Assembly (NCBI GenBank): GCA_963804995.1 | Contig: CAWDSK010000003.1 | Coordinates: forward strand, 448,001 to 512,000 | Direction: 5' to 3' | Source of the DNA: an uncultured Acidobacteriota bacterium | Lineage (GTDB): Bacteria > Acidobacteriota > Terriglobia > UBA7540 | DNA: 64,000 bases | Part shown: piece by piece, positions 10,272 through 19,950 of the stretch | Numbering within the stretch: the first letter of the stretch is position 1 | Layout: each line of letters starts with the position of its first letter | Program-made: the position numbers and the translations under genes | Notes under the pieces: model-generated | The model's database searches: none | What the model was told of the DNA's origin: nothing | Seen by the model: only the letters and a program-made list of their open reading frames with translations

Positions 10272-10420
10272 AACATGTTAATTTAACTTGTTTACGATGT
10301 CTTGTAAAAGGTGAACGCGGTGTTTCAAGACGATTCGGGAAACTGGTTTTCGCTGAGTGAGGCGAAGAAAGATTAGTGATCATGGGTCAGTACCACGTGC
10401 GCACCCATGTGGTTATATCA

Positions 10421-12828
10421 TTAATGAGCGGCATCACCTGCCCGGGCGGCGATCCAATCGAAAGCGTGCTCCTGGGTGGCATGGGGAAAGCGGTTGATGT
10501 CCTCCGGCGTCTCAAATTGCAGTGCGTCGGTATGGCCGAGCAGCTCATAAACCTTTCTGGAAGTATCAACCTCACGCCGTACATCCGGGATTCGCGCGTA
10601 ACGGTTGAGCGTGGGCGCCACAAGAAGCACGGGCGTAGGAGCGACCAACGCCAGGACCTCGTCAAAATCAAATGGCACGCGATCCTCATGGCCAACGAAG
10701 AAACCGAGGCGGGGCAACAACCCGTGGAGGTGCGAATAGTGCCGGATGCCCTCCACTCCCTTTTCTTGAGTGTCCAAACGCAGCGGATCGAAGCCACAGA
10801 CTGAAACCAGGCCCTTGACGCGATCGTCGAAAGCCGCGGTCAGCAAGCCGACTTTGCCGCCCAGCGCGTAGCCGACCAAGTAGATTTGGGAGGAGTCGAT
10901 CTCTTCCAAAGCGGAGAGGGCATCAATAGCGGCCCGTGTGTCGCCTATCATGTTCCCCATGATCGACCACTTGGGGTAACGCGCGTAGAAATCCTTGGCC
11001 TCGTGGACCCGGGTTCCGAACCCGAGTTGGTCAAAGGCGAACACGGCGAAACCCCTTTTCGCGAGCGATGGAAACGACGGCCTCGCGTCCTGGGTATAAT
11101 CCCAACCCCCAGAATGCCACGGGCTTTCCGCCGACCACCCGTCCTGGTAGCTGTAGGGGTGCAGCCAGATCACCACTGGCCACTTGCCGGGTTTGGGTTT
11201 GCCATCGGGTCCCAGCGGGTAAAACAAATCGCCCTTCAAGCCATCGCCAAACGGCAGCCCCGCCACACCCATGCCTTCGCTCTTCAAGCGCGCCCGCCCC
11301 TCCCTGCCGTCCACAGGCCTGTTGAACAACGTTGCCAGCCAACCGTCGGTCGACCAGTTAGTCTCCGAAAGCTTGTGATGCACTGCAAAAGGAACTCGGG
11401 GCGGCGCCTCGCCCAGGACTTGCGAAATCTTCTGACGGATGGCTTGCTTCTTTTCTTCCCACTGCGGCGCTCGGTTGATGGGATGTCCATCGGCCTGGTT
11501 CAGGAAATCGCCGACCGATCTTTTCGGGTAGGTGAGTGGATCGATCTTTTCCTGGGTGATTTTCTGCCACCCTTCAAACGTATAGCCCAGAATCCAGGTC
11601 TCCGACTTCGGGTGGGGCTTGCGGCCAAAAACCGCATCAAAGAAGTCCATGAAGTTCTCGAGGTCTTCGGTAGTTGTTTCATGCTCGCCATCGCGGAGGT
11701 TGAGCCAGACGTTCTCCTCATGCCCCAGGAAGCGGTATACGCTCCGCACGGAGCGGTAGGCCTGCTCAAATCCCAGAGGGTTGCCCGCCGATTCCGCGTA
11801 TCCGGAGTACATCATGAGGCCCCGCGGGGCGATGGCGGCCATCAGCATGTTCTGGTCCACGGGCAGCTTATCTTCCCGGCCGGCGAAGAAGCGCAGCCGC
11901 GGGTGAAACCAGTGAGGCTGGCCCCCCGTCAGCAACTCGATGCTTTCGTTGACATACATGTCGGTGGTGTAACGCCAGGGGTCGCACTCTCCCGTATTGC
12001 CACTGGAGAGGATGACCGCTCCAATGCGCTCGTCAAATGCCGCCGCCACCAACGACTGTTTCCCGTTGCGCGAGTGCCCCGTCAGGCCAATCTTCTTCTT
12101 GTCGACCTCGGGAAGTGTGTAGAGATAATCCACTGCCCGCGAAGCCGACCACCCCCAGCGCGCCAGGCAGGAGAAATCGTATTCCGGGTAGATATCAATG
12201 AACGCATCGGAATCGTCGACGTCTCCGTACCGCGGGTCAGTAGCATTGTAGTAACAGCCAATATAGCCCCGCCGTACAGCCGTGTAGAGCCAGGGCCGGT
12301 TGAGTCCGTGATTGGTCAGAAAAACAGGGAAGGGACCTTTGCCATCCGGAATGATCAACTGCAGGCGTAAGGTGGCGCGATGATCGGGGCCAAACTCCAG
12401 GCGCACGTCGCGCACGGTCGTCGTTCCCTCACGTCGCGTACCGGTAACCACGGCGCGCAGATTGTTCGGTGGCGGAGGCATGGTGCCGAAGACCCAGTGC
12501 TCAGTTTGCGAGCGGATCCACTGCTTCTGGCGATTCCACAAGGCCAGATTGGTGACGGGGATACTGCGGCCGTTCTCCCGCAGCACGAGGGGATCAGGGA
12601 GTCGGGAATCGAAGGCAGGGCGTCAAAGTCCGGCGGGAGTTCGCCAGTGCGCTTGACCCATTCCTCCCACGTATTCTCATGAGCGCTGAGCCTTCCCGTC
12701 GCGGGCGCTTGACTGGGTGGGAGAACTCGCAGTATGAGATCCAAATCCTGCCGCCGCTGGTTGGCACCTTCCTGGGCAAGGATGCAAAACGGAATCAAAA
12801 AGGCGATGAGGAATGTTAGTCTTCGCAT
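10421..12828 (-). CDS. Secreted two-domain alpha/beta hydrolase (CE15 glucuronoyl esterase-like plus second hydrolase-fold domain), with a 1-nt frameshift near 12601
   Basis: Signal peptide from ATG 12828; adding one C gives LPSIPDLPDPLVLRENG joining the two ORFs; GHSRNGK motif. Confidence 0.7.
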
Positions 12829-12917
12829 GGTCGGTTTCGCTCCGCTGGAAAATGGACAATGCATTATATGCCTTTTCGCGGAGCGCACCGAGATTCAGGG
12901 CGCGGACGTGAATAGAG

Positions 12918-13027
12918 GGTAGTGTCTCAGTTTGATGTAGAGGCGGCGGCATTCATCCCGATTTGATCGGGACGCCGCCATATGGCGAGGTAAACTCGCC
13001 GCTACATCATCAAACTGAGACACTACC
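12918..13027. mobile_element. MITE with perfect 18-bp IS1-like TIRs enclosing a GTAG REP doublet
   Basis: GGTAGTGTCTCAGTTTGA/TCAAACTGAGACACTACC; flanks GAATAGAG/GAATAGGT (6/8). Confidence 0.8.
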
Positions 13028-13117
13028 GAATAGGTGAGACTCGAAGGTCACACTCCGACGCCGCAGTTTCAATTCGCCTTTATCAAGAGTAAACTTCACC
13101 GCGCCGGGAGAGTATCC

Positions 13118-13300
13118 CTAGTGTCATGTAACAGAAGTTCGCTGATTATTAGAGAACCCCCTCACCCGTCCCGCCCCGGCTGATGAAAACGCCGGCGGCG
13201 GTCCACCCTCTCCCCTCGGAGAGGGCTAGGCACCGTAATTCCCAGCCTTCTCCCAGGGGAGAAGGTGGCCGACGTAGGAGGTCGGATGAGGGGTTACTTC
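13118..13300. mobile_element. Degenerate MITE with CTAGTGTC left end and CCCTCACCC/CCCTCTCCC core
   Basis: CTAGTGTCATGTAACAGAAGTTCGCTGA resembles the ends of 14419-14645; right end decayed. Confidence 0.55.
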
Positions 13301-13403
13301 CAGGCGCGCACGCCAAATCGACAGAGGCTTTATCAGTGAGGTCATCGCGACAGGTTTAAAGAAATAGAACGAGCATCACTTAGTGATTCAGGAGGCAAAG
13401 GTT

Positions 13404-14288
13404 ATGTTGTTCACCAGGAGGTCGGTCAACTTGATTTTGTTACTCGCGGGTTTGGTCTATTCCTGCTCCGCATTTGGGCAGGGTTCGAAGCCGGTGAAGG
13501 TGTTTATGGTTACCGACATGGAAGGTGTGAGCGGAATCTTCGACAGCGATTTGCAGTGCCTTCCGGGCCAAAGCAAGCGCTTCGAGGAATCACGGAAGCT
13601 GGAGACGGGTGAGGTCAATGCCGCCGTGGATGGGCTTTTGGCCGGGGGCGCGACCGAGGTGATCGTGTGGGACGGCCACGACTCCGGCGAAACACTCTCC
13701 GTACTCGATATTCATCCCCGGTGCCGTCTGCTGCAGGGCCGGCCGATCCCGCCGACGATGGGCCTCGACTCCTCGTACAGCGCCGTGGTGCTCATCGGCC
13801 AGCACGCTATGGCCGGTAATGAGAAGGGGATTCTAAGCCACAGCTACAGCTCCCTGGGCATTCAAAACATCTGGGTGAACGGGAAACGGCAGGGTGAATT
13901 CGGCACCATTGCCATGCTGGCGGGCGAGTTCGGCATCCCCATCGCGATGCTCTCTGGCGACGCGGCCGCCTGCCAGGAGGTGCGTGACCTTACGCCGCAA
14001 GCGGAGTGCGCAGAAGTAAAACAGGGCATCAATCGGACCGCGGGCTACATGCTCCCACATGTCACTGCCTGCGCTTTGATTAGCGAAAAGGCCAAGCGCG
14101 CCATGGAACGGCTCCCAGAAATGAAACCGCTGAAACTCACAGGGCCCGTGGAAGTCAAGGTGGAGGTAACCACGCGCGGCACGGGACACTGGAGCCCGGG
14201 AAATGGAATCGAACAGGTGGACGGTCGCACCTGGGCCTTTCATGGTAAGACCTTCCTGGACGCCTGGCTGAAGTATCGGCCGGAATGA
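13404..14288 (+). CDS. M55 family D-aminopeptidase (DppA-like), with signal peptide
   Basis: TDMEGVSG, DGHDSG, GQHAMAG, LSHSY, SGD motifs; GGAGG RBS. Confidence 0.88.
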   Translation: MLFTRRSVNLILLLAGLVYSCSAFGQGSKPVKVFMVTDMEGVSGIFDSDLQCLPGQSKRFEESRKLETGEVNAAVDGLLAGGATEVIVWDGHDSGETLSVLDIHPRCRLLQGRPIPPTMGLDSSYSAVVLIGQHAMAGNEKGILSHSYSSLGIQNIWVNGKRQGEFGTIAMLAGEFGIPIAMLSGDAAACQEVRDLTPQAECAEVKQGINRTAGYMLPHVTACALISEKAKRAMERLPEMKPLKLTGPVEVKVEVTTRGTGHWSPGNGIEQVDGRTWAFHGKTFLDAWLKYRPE

Positions 14289-14418
14289 ACGCAGGGAGGG
14301 CTGGGCGCTGCCGTCAGATCCAGTCGCCGCGCGCGAGGGTCCAGAAATTGCCGTGATTGTCAATGAGTGCACCTAGTGGGCTTTCGGGTGCCTGTAATGC
14401 TCAGATGCGTGCCCACAC

Positions 14419-14645
14419 CTAGTGTCGTGAGTCAGAAGTTCGCTGACAAAGTCTCACTGGGTTTCAGGGCGACCCCCTCACCCGTCCCGCCCCGGCTGAT
14501 GAAAACGCCGGCGGCGGGCCACCCTCTCCCCCAAGGGGGCGAGGGCAGTAAACTCAAACCAACTCCCCCCTCGCCCCTTTGGGGGAGAGGGGCCGGGGGG
14601 AGGGGGTTCTCGAATCATCAGCGAACTTCTGACTCAGGACACTAG
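14419..14645. mobile_element. MITE with 28-bp TIRs bounded by CTAG (IS630-like target), CCCTCACCC/CCCTCTCCC core
   Basis: CTAGTGTCGTGAGTCAGAAGTTCGCTGA versus TCAGCGAACTTCTGACTCAGGACACTAG (27/28). Confidence 0.82.
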
Positions 14646-14656
14646 GGAGTAAACTC

Positions 14657-15025
14657 ATGAGTCACACCAACCGCCGCAAATTCCTCGAAACCATGGCGAC
14701 TCCTTCGTTCCTTTCGCTCCAGACCGGCCGTTATATCGGTGCGGAAGCAGCAGGCAGCAACTGCGCCGACCGCCGGCAAGAGATGCTGGCCAAACTGGAA
14801 CTCGTCATGGGCCCCTTCCCCAAGCAAAAGAGGAAACCGCCCCTGGATATCAAAACTCTGGACAACCTCGATTTGCCCACGCATTCCCGCCTGAGCATCA
14901 CCTATGTGAGCGAGGAGGGTGACCGGGTGCCGGCATACATTTTAAAGCCCAAGAAATTGGAAGGCCGCGCGCCGGCGATGCTTTGCCTCCACCAAAAATG
15001 GCTTGAGCACAAACCGGCAACTTAA
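14657..15025 (+). pseudogene. Truncated Tat-exported alpha/beta hydrolase (esterase-like)
   Basis: NRRKFL leader; GDRVPAYILKP...PAMLCLHQ then stops before any nucleophile motif. Confidence 0.65.
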
Positions 15026-15169
15026 CCTTGTCAAGTGCTGACCAGAAATCCGGAGAAACTCCATCGCGAAGAATAAGCGAAAGGACCCCAAAACACGACA
15101 AGGACAATATTACCGTTGCGTGAGAAGGCTTGTTGACAGGGCAATTTGAATTCGAGAAGATAGAGTCAT

Positions 15170-15748
15170 ATGAATGTAGTCATAGCGCCCCACGCTGCCC
15201 CCCAGGCTCAGGGAGAAGCGTGCCGGTTAGTGATCCGGAAAGACAAGGGCCTCTCCGAAATCATACAATTCGTAGTTGCTGGTTTGGAGATTGGTCAACA
15301 AGCGGTCATCCTGGGGGGGCCCACGTGCCTCAAGGATATCGCACACGGGCTTAGCGAGAGCGGCCTAAAGACTGACGCCATGCTGCATAGCGGCCGCCTG
15401 GTGTTCCTAACAGCGCCCAACTGCCTGACCGAACTGCTGCGGCCGAGCGAACCTTTCCAGCGCGGGCCGTTGCATCGCCATGCCACGGTCATGCGTTGGG
15501 TGACGGACTGGTCATGGGCCTACGGGAATGGCAGTGACCCGGGCACCCTCCGCGATTATCAGCGCCGAATTCACGAGTTCATTCGCCCCTTCGATGCCAT
15601 CTCCATGTGCACCGTCGACTGCGAAAAAGTGGATCGGAGTGACTTGCTCGCCATGCTGGTGGACCACCGACGGGTTGCGAAGACTGTGGAAGTAGCCCGG
15701 CGCGATGCAAAGATCGTAGAAGTGGCCCGCCGCGCAGCACACGCCTAG
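15170..15748 (+). CDS. Stand-alone MEDS (DcmR-like sensory) domain protein
   Basis: FVVAGLEIGQQAVIL, SGRLVFL, RWVTDWSWA, SMCTVD pattern. Confidence 0.6.
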   Translation: MNVVIAPHAAPQAQGEACRLVIRKDKGLSEIIQFVVAGLEIGQQAVILGGPTCLKDIAHGLSESGLKTDAMLHSGRLVFLTAPNCLTELLRPSEPFQRGPLHRHATVMRWVTDWSWAYGNGSDPGTLRDYQRRIHEFIRPFDAISMCTVDCEKVDRSDLLAMLVDHRRVAKTVEVARRDAKIVEVARRAAHA

Positions 15749-15937
15749 CCCTATCGATCGCCTCCTGCCGCGTTGACCAAGCATCATCCACCCAGGTGGA
15801 TAGGTGCCTATATTCGAACCCGTAATGAACCGGCGGGCCAATTCCCTGCCCCCGCCTCCAACCGTAAACTGCAAGCGTCGGTCAACTGCTCCGGAATTTG
15901 AGCTTCGTTATTCACAAATTAAATGATTTGAGCCTGG

Positions 15938-16900
15938 TTAATTGGAGGGTGGTGCGGAGCCAAAGGGTGCGCTCATCGGATTCATGCCGCCCTGGGGAGG
16001 GCCAAAACCGGGTTGCATGGGTTGCTGCCCTGGTTGCAGGGTTTGCCCAGGTCCCATCGGCCCTGACATGCCGCCCCCGGAGGTTCCCACCTGAATCCCA
16101 AAGACGCCCAGATCGATACCGGTGAATTCCCACTCATCGTAGTGTTGATGCTTATTCCAAATGATGATGGATCCGTGATGACTAGTGGGAGCAACCCCCA
16201 CGATGAAGGCTCCCTGGATGTCGCTGCCGCCTCCAAACATAGATGAAGAAGTTTGAGGGCCCGTCTGGCCGACTTGGGGCGATACCGTGCTCTGCCCCGA
16301 CCCCCCAAAGGAACCTGGCTGAGAGAACATGCCACCTTGTGGGGAGATCATGCTCTGCCCTGGTCCCCCAAAGGAGCCCGGCTGAGAGAACATGCCACCT
16401 TGTGGGGAGATCATGCTCTGCCCTGGTCCCCCAAAGGAGCCCGGCTGAGAGAACATGCCACCTTGTGGGGAGAGTTGATTCTGTCCAGGCCCCCCGAAGG
16501 AGCCCGGCTGATTCATCTGGCTCAATCCACCCATGGACAAACCGCCAGCCCCCAATCCCGCGGGGTTGGGTTGGTTGGCGTTCAAGGGCTGGTTTTTCGA
16601 GTCGATCAGCACGCCCGCCGCATTGGCGTGAATGAAACGCCACTTCCCCTTCCGGTCCAAGGGATCGGAATATTCCTTGCGGAGAAATCGCATGCCGTTG
16701 GTCCCCATCAACTCTTTCACACTGACGGGGTAGCGGTTGAATTTACGGTGGAAGAGCGCCACGGCAATGGCGTACTGCTTGCCACGAAAAATCGTCTCCT
16801 TTTCGCGCTCCCGTTGACCCTCCTGATAAACGCTGGGAAGGGTGGCCGTCAAGGCCACGAGCAGCAACGTGGCGATCATCATAACAATGATCAGCACCAT
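15938..16900 (-). CDS. Pilin/pseudopilin-like protein with Gly/Gln/Pro-rich repeat insert
   Basis: Hydrophobic N-terminal helix, REREKETIFRGKQY, RFLRKEYSDPL, HYDEWEF; start uncertain (16900 or upstream). Confidence 0.75.
   Translation of the reverse strand: MVLIIVMMIATLLLVALTATLPSVYQEGQREREKETIFRGKQYAIAVALFHRKFNRYPVSVKELMGTNGMRFLRKEYSDPLDRKGKWRFIHANAAGVLIDSKNQPLNANQPNPAGLGAGGLSMGGLSQMNQPGSFGGPGQNQLSPQGGMFSQPGSFGGPGQSMISPQGGMFSQPGSFGGPGQSMISPQGGMFSQPGSFGGSGQSTVSPQVGQTGPQTSSSMFGGGSDIQGAFIVGVAPTSHHGSIIIWNKHQHYDEWEFTGIDLGVFGIQVGTSGGGMSGPMGPGQTLQPGQQPMQPGFGPPQGGMNPMSAPFGSAPPSN
16270..16512. repeat. 63-bp coding tandem repeat, about 3.7 copies
   Basis: GAGAGAACATGCCACC at 16321, 16384 and 16447; encodes 21-aa units such as SQPGSFGGPGQSMISPQGGMF. 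Confidence 0.9.
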
Positions 16901-16925
16901 GCCTTCCGCCTCGCGCCCTCGGGCT

Positions 16926-17490
16926 CTACTGCGGGATAGGCAGTTCCGTGGTTTCGTGTGAAGCCGCATCTTCGACTGAAATCGTTGTAGGAGTTATTTT
17001 TATGACCTTGTATTTTTGAGCCGACGACGTCGCCTACGTGAACAACCATGGCCTGGTCCTGGTAGGAAACAAAAGCTTCACCCCCACCTCCCGGCACTTC
17101 ATTGTAGCCCATGGGTTTGATCGGGGGCGGAGGGGGTGGAGGCGGGGCGGCCGGCGCCGCTCCAGCCGCCACTTGTACAGAACCGGGACCCGCTGCCGGC
17201 ACAACCCCACCATATTCGAACGGATTTCTCTCGCCGTCCGGTAGCGGACGAGCGTCAAGTTCCTTCAAAGTTTCCGTGTGCAAACTGGGATCATATCCCG
17301 CCAGATCGTCGGCAGCCCGGACGACGCCCCTTCCCGCATGCGTTCGAACCTTGCTGGCGGCGCCCGGGAAGCGCCAGGCGCCTGCCGCCGGAACGCTCTT
17401 GTAGCTCGTCACGAGGTGCGCGACAAGGAGCACGCACAATAACCCGAGAATCCCAGTCCCCCACTTTTCGATGCCAGGTGATAGTTTCAT
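16926..17490 (-). CDS. PilP/GspC-like accessory protein, with a +1 frameshift in the T5 run at 17013-17017
   Basis: TM anchor, RNPFEY, poly-Pro linker; removing one base gives VGDVVGSKYKVIKITPTTISVED...PIPQ-stop at 16926. Confidence 0.65.
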
Positions 17491-18089
17491 GGTATTAAAT
17501 AAAGGTCCGCGACCAGACGCAAACCGAGCGTTCCATTTTCACCCGCCGCCAAGCTGAATTCACGAATCAGGATGAACTCTTTCGCAGTCTCCAAGCCATG
17601 GGAAAATTTCACGATCTTCGAATAAGGCCCATCCACGGTGATGTCGAGCCCCAGCCGTTCCAGCGGATCCTGGTGTTTAGAGTCGAGCCGATAAACCACG
17701 TTGGTAACCTGCACGCCTGACGCATCGGAGACCTGCCGGAGAAGATGCGCGGCTTGGGAGAAACCTCGCTTGCGGGGAGGGATGCCGGCGGCCGTGAAAT
17801 CCTTCAGTTGCTCGCCCGCCTGAGGCAGAGCCGCTTGAAACTTTTCGAGCCTTTCGATCCGGACTTCCTGGTCACGCACGCTCTGGCGCGTTTCCGAATA
17901 TTGTTGCTGCTCAGAAGCGATCCTATACCCCAACGGCCGGTAAGCGGCGAAGTAGAGGACAACGTCCAAAACCACCAGCCCCAGGCCGGTAATTTCCACG
18001 ATCCGCTTCACAATTTGACGTTGGGTTCTGCGCATAGGATCGACACTCGCAAATCGAAATTCGAAACTCGCAACCGCCCCTTTGTTCAC
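17487..18089 (-). CDS. PilO/GspM-like assembly protein
   Basis: TM plus coiled coil plus VDGPYSKIVKFSHGLE motif; follows PilM/PilN; ATG 18035 is an alternative start. Confidence 0.7.
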   Translation of the reverse strand: MNKGAVASFEFRFASVDPMRRTQRQIVKRIVEITGLGLVVLDVVLYFAAYRPLGYRIASEQQQYSETRQSVRDQEVRIERLEKFQAALPQAGEQLKDFTAAGIPPRKRGFSQAAHLLRQVSDASGVQVTNVVYRLDSKHQDPLERLGLDITVDGPYSKIVKFSHGLETAKEFILIREFSLAAGENGTLGLRLVADLYLIP

Positions 18090-18107
18090 GCTCCGAAAGG
18101 AGGGTCA

Positions 18108-18758
18108 TCACTTGGTTCGGTTTTCGAGTTTCGGTTTTGGCTTTTCGGCCCCTTCTGGCTCCTGACTTTTGACTTCTGACTCCGCCCCGGCAGCTCCCGG
18201 CAGGTAATGCGCGGCGCAAGCTATATTCACCTGTCCGGACTGCACGCCTTCTTCCTGAAATCCCTGATTAATAATCGTCACATCTTTGAAGTCCGGAGCG
18301 TCTTCGAGGTCGCTGAGGAACGTCTCAACGGCCTCCTCACTCTTTCCGCTGATGGACATGCGCACTACGATCTCGCCTTCCCGGGAGGTCAACGCCAAGC
18401 CGGTCAGCCGCGCTTCGTCGGGCAAGAGATCAGCAATCCGCGCGGATAGTTCCGTCAGGGATAGTTGCTTCTGGTCGATCAGCGTATTGACAAACTTTGC
18501 CTCGCCGAGCAAGGCGCGATACTCCGGTTTCTCAAGGTCTTTGCGAATGCCCGCTTCCTTCTTGCGCAGATCGTCCTCATGTTGCTGGACTTCCGCCACC
18601 TGGCTTTGGACTCCGTGAAATTCGCGGTACTCCCGGTTCCCTGAAACCCCCAGCAGCACAAGTCCGAGTACACCGACCAGCGTGGCGGGAATGCCCCACA
18701 CCAGGGCGTAACGGTTGCGCGTGCTATCAGCGGCGGAGAGGTTAAGAGTGATTCTCAT
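18108..18758 (-). CDS. pilN: PilN-like assembly protein
   Basis: MRITLNL start, TM, coiled coil, LLPDEARLTGL, FLSDLEDAPDFKDV. Confidence 0.75.
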   Translation of the reverse strand: MRITLNLSAADSTRNRYALVWGIPATLVGVLGLVLLGVSGNREYREFHGVQSQVAEVQQHEDDLRKKEAGIRKDLEKPEYRALLGEAKFVNTLIDQKQLSLTELSARIADLLPDEARLTGLALTSREGEIVVRMSISGKSEEAVETFLSDLEDAPDFKDVTIINQGFQEEGVQSGQVNIACAAHYLPGAAGAESEVKSQEPEGAEKPKPKLENRTK

Positions 18759-19729
18759 CGTGGTTCGTTCCGATTCGCAATCAGGCCGGCAAAGGGCATT
18801 CCAAAATGTTGAAAGGTCTCACGCTCATCGCCGTGGAGCACAGTTCCCTGGGCAAAATCCCCCGCCAGCGGACGGAGTTCGCGACCCAGCGTCTTCGCCA
18901 GGATCTCTCGCATCTCATTTCCGGCAGGAGGACGCGCACAGAACCAAACATTCTGGATCTGGACGCCAAGTTGGTCCTGGCACGTCGCCAGGATACGTGT
19001 CGCTTCGCGCGTGACCTCCTCGAGGTTATCGGCCTCCGCCGCGCCCTCCAGCACCCTCGTCCTCCACAAGCGCACGCGATCGAACTCAACCACCACCGCG
19101 GTCAAAACGCCGGGACACAGATGCAGCAGAAGCTGTCCCTCCCTATCCACGGGGAGCAGCGGCAGCAAGGCCACGCTCACCGGCAGGATCAGCGCCGGCC
19201 CACCGTTAAGGGATTCGAGGACCGCTTCGTACTCCGCGAGCACGGAGCTGCGGACGGCTATTCCCAATATCTCCACCTGACGCGGCTGTTTCGCCAAAAC
19301 CTGAAAACTCACGCGCGCCTCTTCCGGCGGAAAAGGAAGGAACTCTCGCATCCGCCAGCGGATCAACGATTCCGCTTCGCGTTGGGCGTCAGGGAGGGCT
19401 TCGAACTGTAGCACCGCCACACGCGCCGCTAAGTCGGGGATCAACAGGCCGAACCTTCCGCCGCCCATGCCCACCAAACCGGCTACTTCGGCGACGGCTT
19501 TGTGGACCACCGCCTCACTCGTGATGTTGGTCTTGTTCAGGGAAGGCGCCAGCGCCCCGGCATGGAGTTCGCGAATCCCCACCCGCTGGATATGTCGCGC
19601 GCCACCCTCCAGACGGGCCCCCACCACAAAACCGGGCTCCAACTCCAGAACCACGGAAGGCATGACGAAGTGCGCCGTGCTCACCTGCCCGTCCAGCCCC
19701 AGCCGTTTTTTTAGGGTCACCCAATTCAT
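18755..19729 (-). CDS. pilM: PilM-like assembly protein
   Basis: LLIPD, IRWRMREFLPFPPEEARVSF, VLAEYEAVL; upstream of pilN. Confidence 0.75.
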   Translation of the reverse strand: MNWVTLKKRLGLDGQVSTAHFVMPSVVLELEPGFVVGARLEGGARHIQRVGIRELHAGALAPSLNKTNITSEAVVHKAVAEVAGLVGMGGGRFGLLIPDLAARVAVLQFEALPDAQREAESLIRWRMREFLPFPPEEARVSFQVLAKQPRQVEILGIAVRSSVLAEYEAVLESLNGGPALILPVSVALLPLLPVDREGQLLLHLCPGVLTAVVVEFDRVRLWRTRVLEGAAEADNLEEVTREATRILATCQDQLGVQIQNVWFCARPPAGNEMREILAKTLGRELRPLAGDFAQGTVLHGDERETFQHFGMPFAGLIANRNEPR

Positions 19730-19950
19730 ACTTGCTTACCTCGGGATACGGGATACGGGACACGGGGTACGGGAGACGGAGCACAGGAGACAGGGTTTGT
19801 GGTAGGGGCTGAAAGTCGGTCCCAGCGGGTTCTCAATACCCTGATTGGAGCACTCTTCCTCCACACATTCAACTCTTTGTAAATCTGGATCACAAATCTA
19901 CCTTCCCCCCGTCACTCGTATCCCGTGCCCCGTGTCCCGTATCCCGGCTC

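Noticed and set aside
3178..12370. Long antisense ORFs (3178-4272, 6181-7377, 10886-12370)
   Set aside because: Mirror frames of well-supported genes, expected at high GC
15678..15737. 30-bp duplication at the end of the MEDS gene
   Set aside because: Real but a minor C-terminal duplication with no evident consequence
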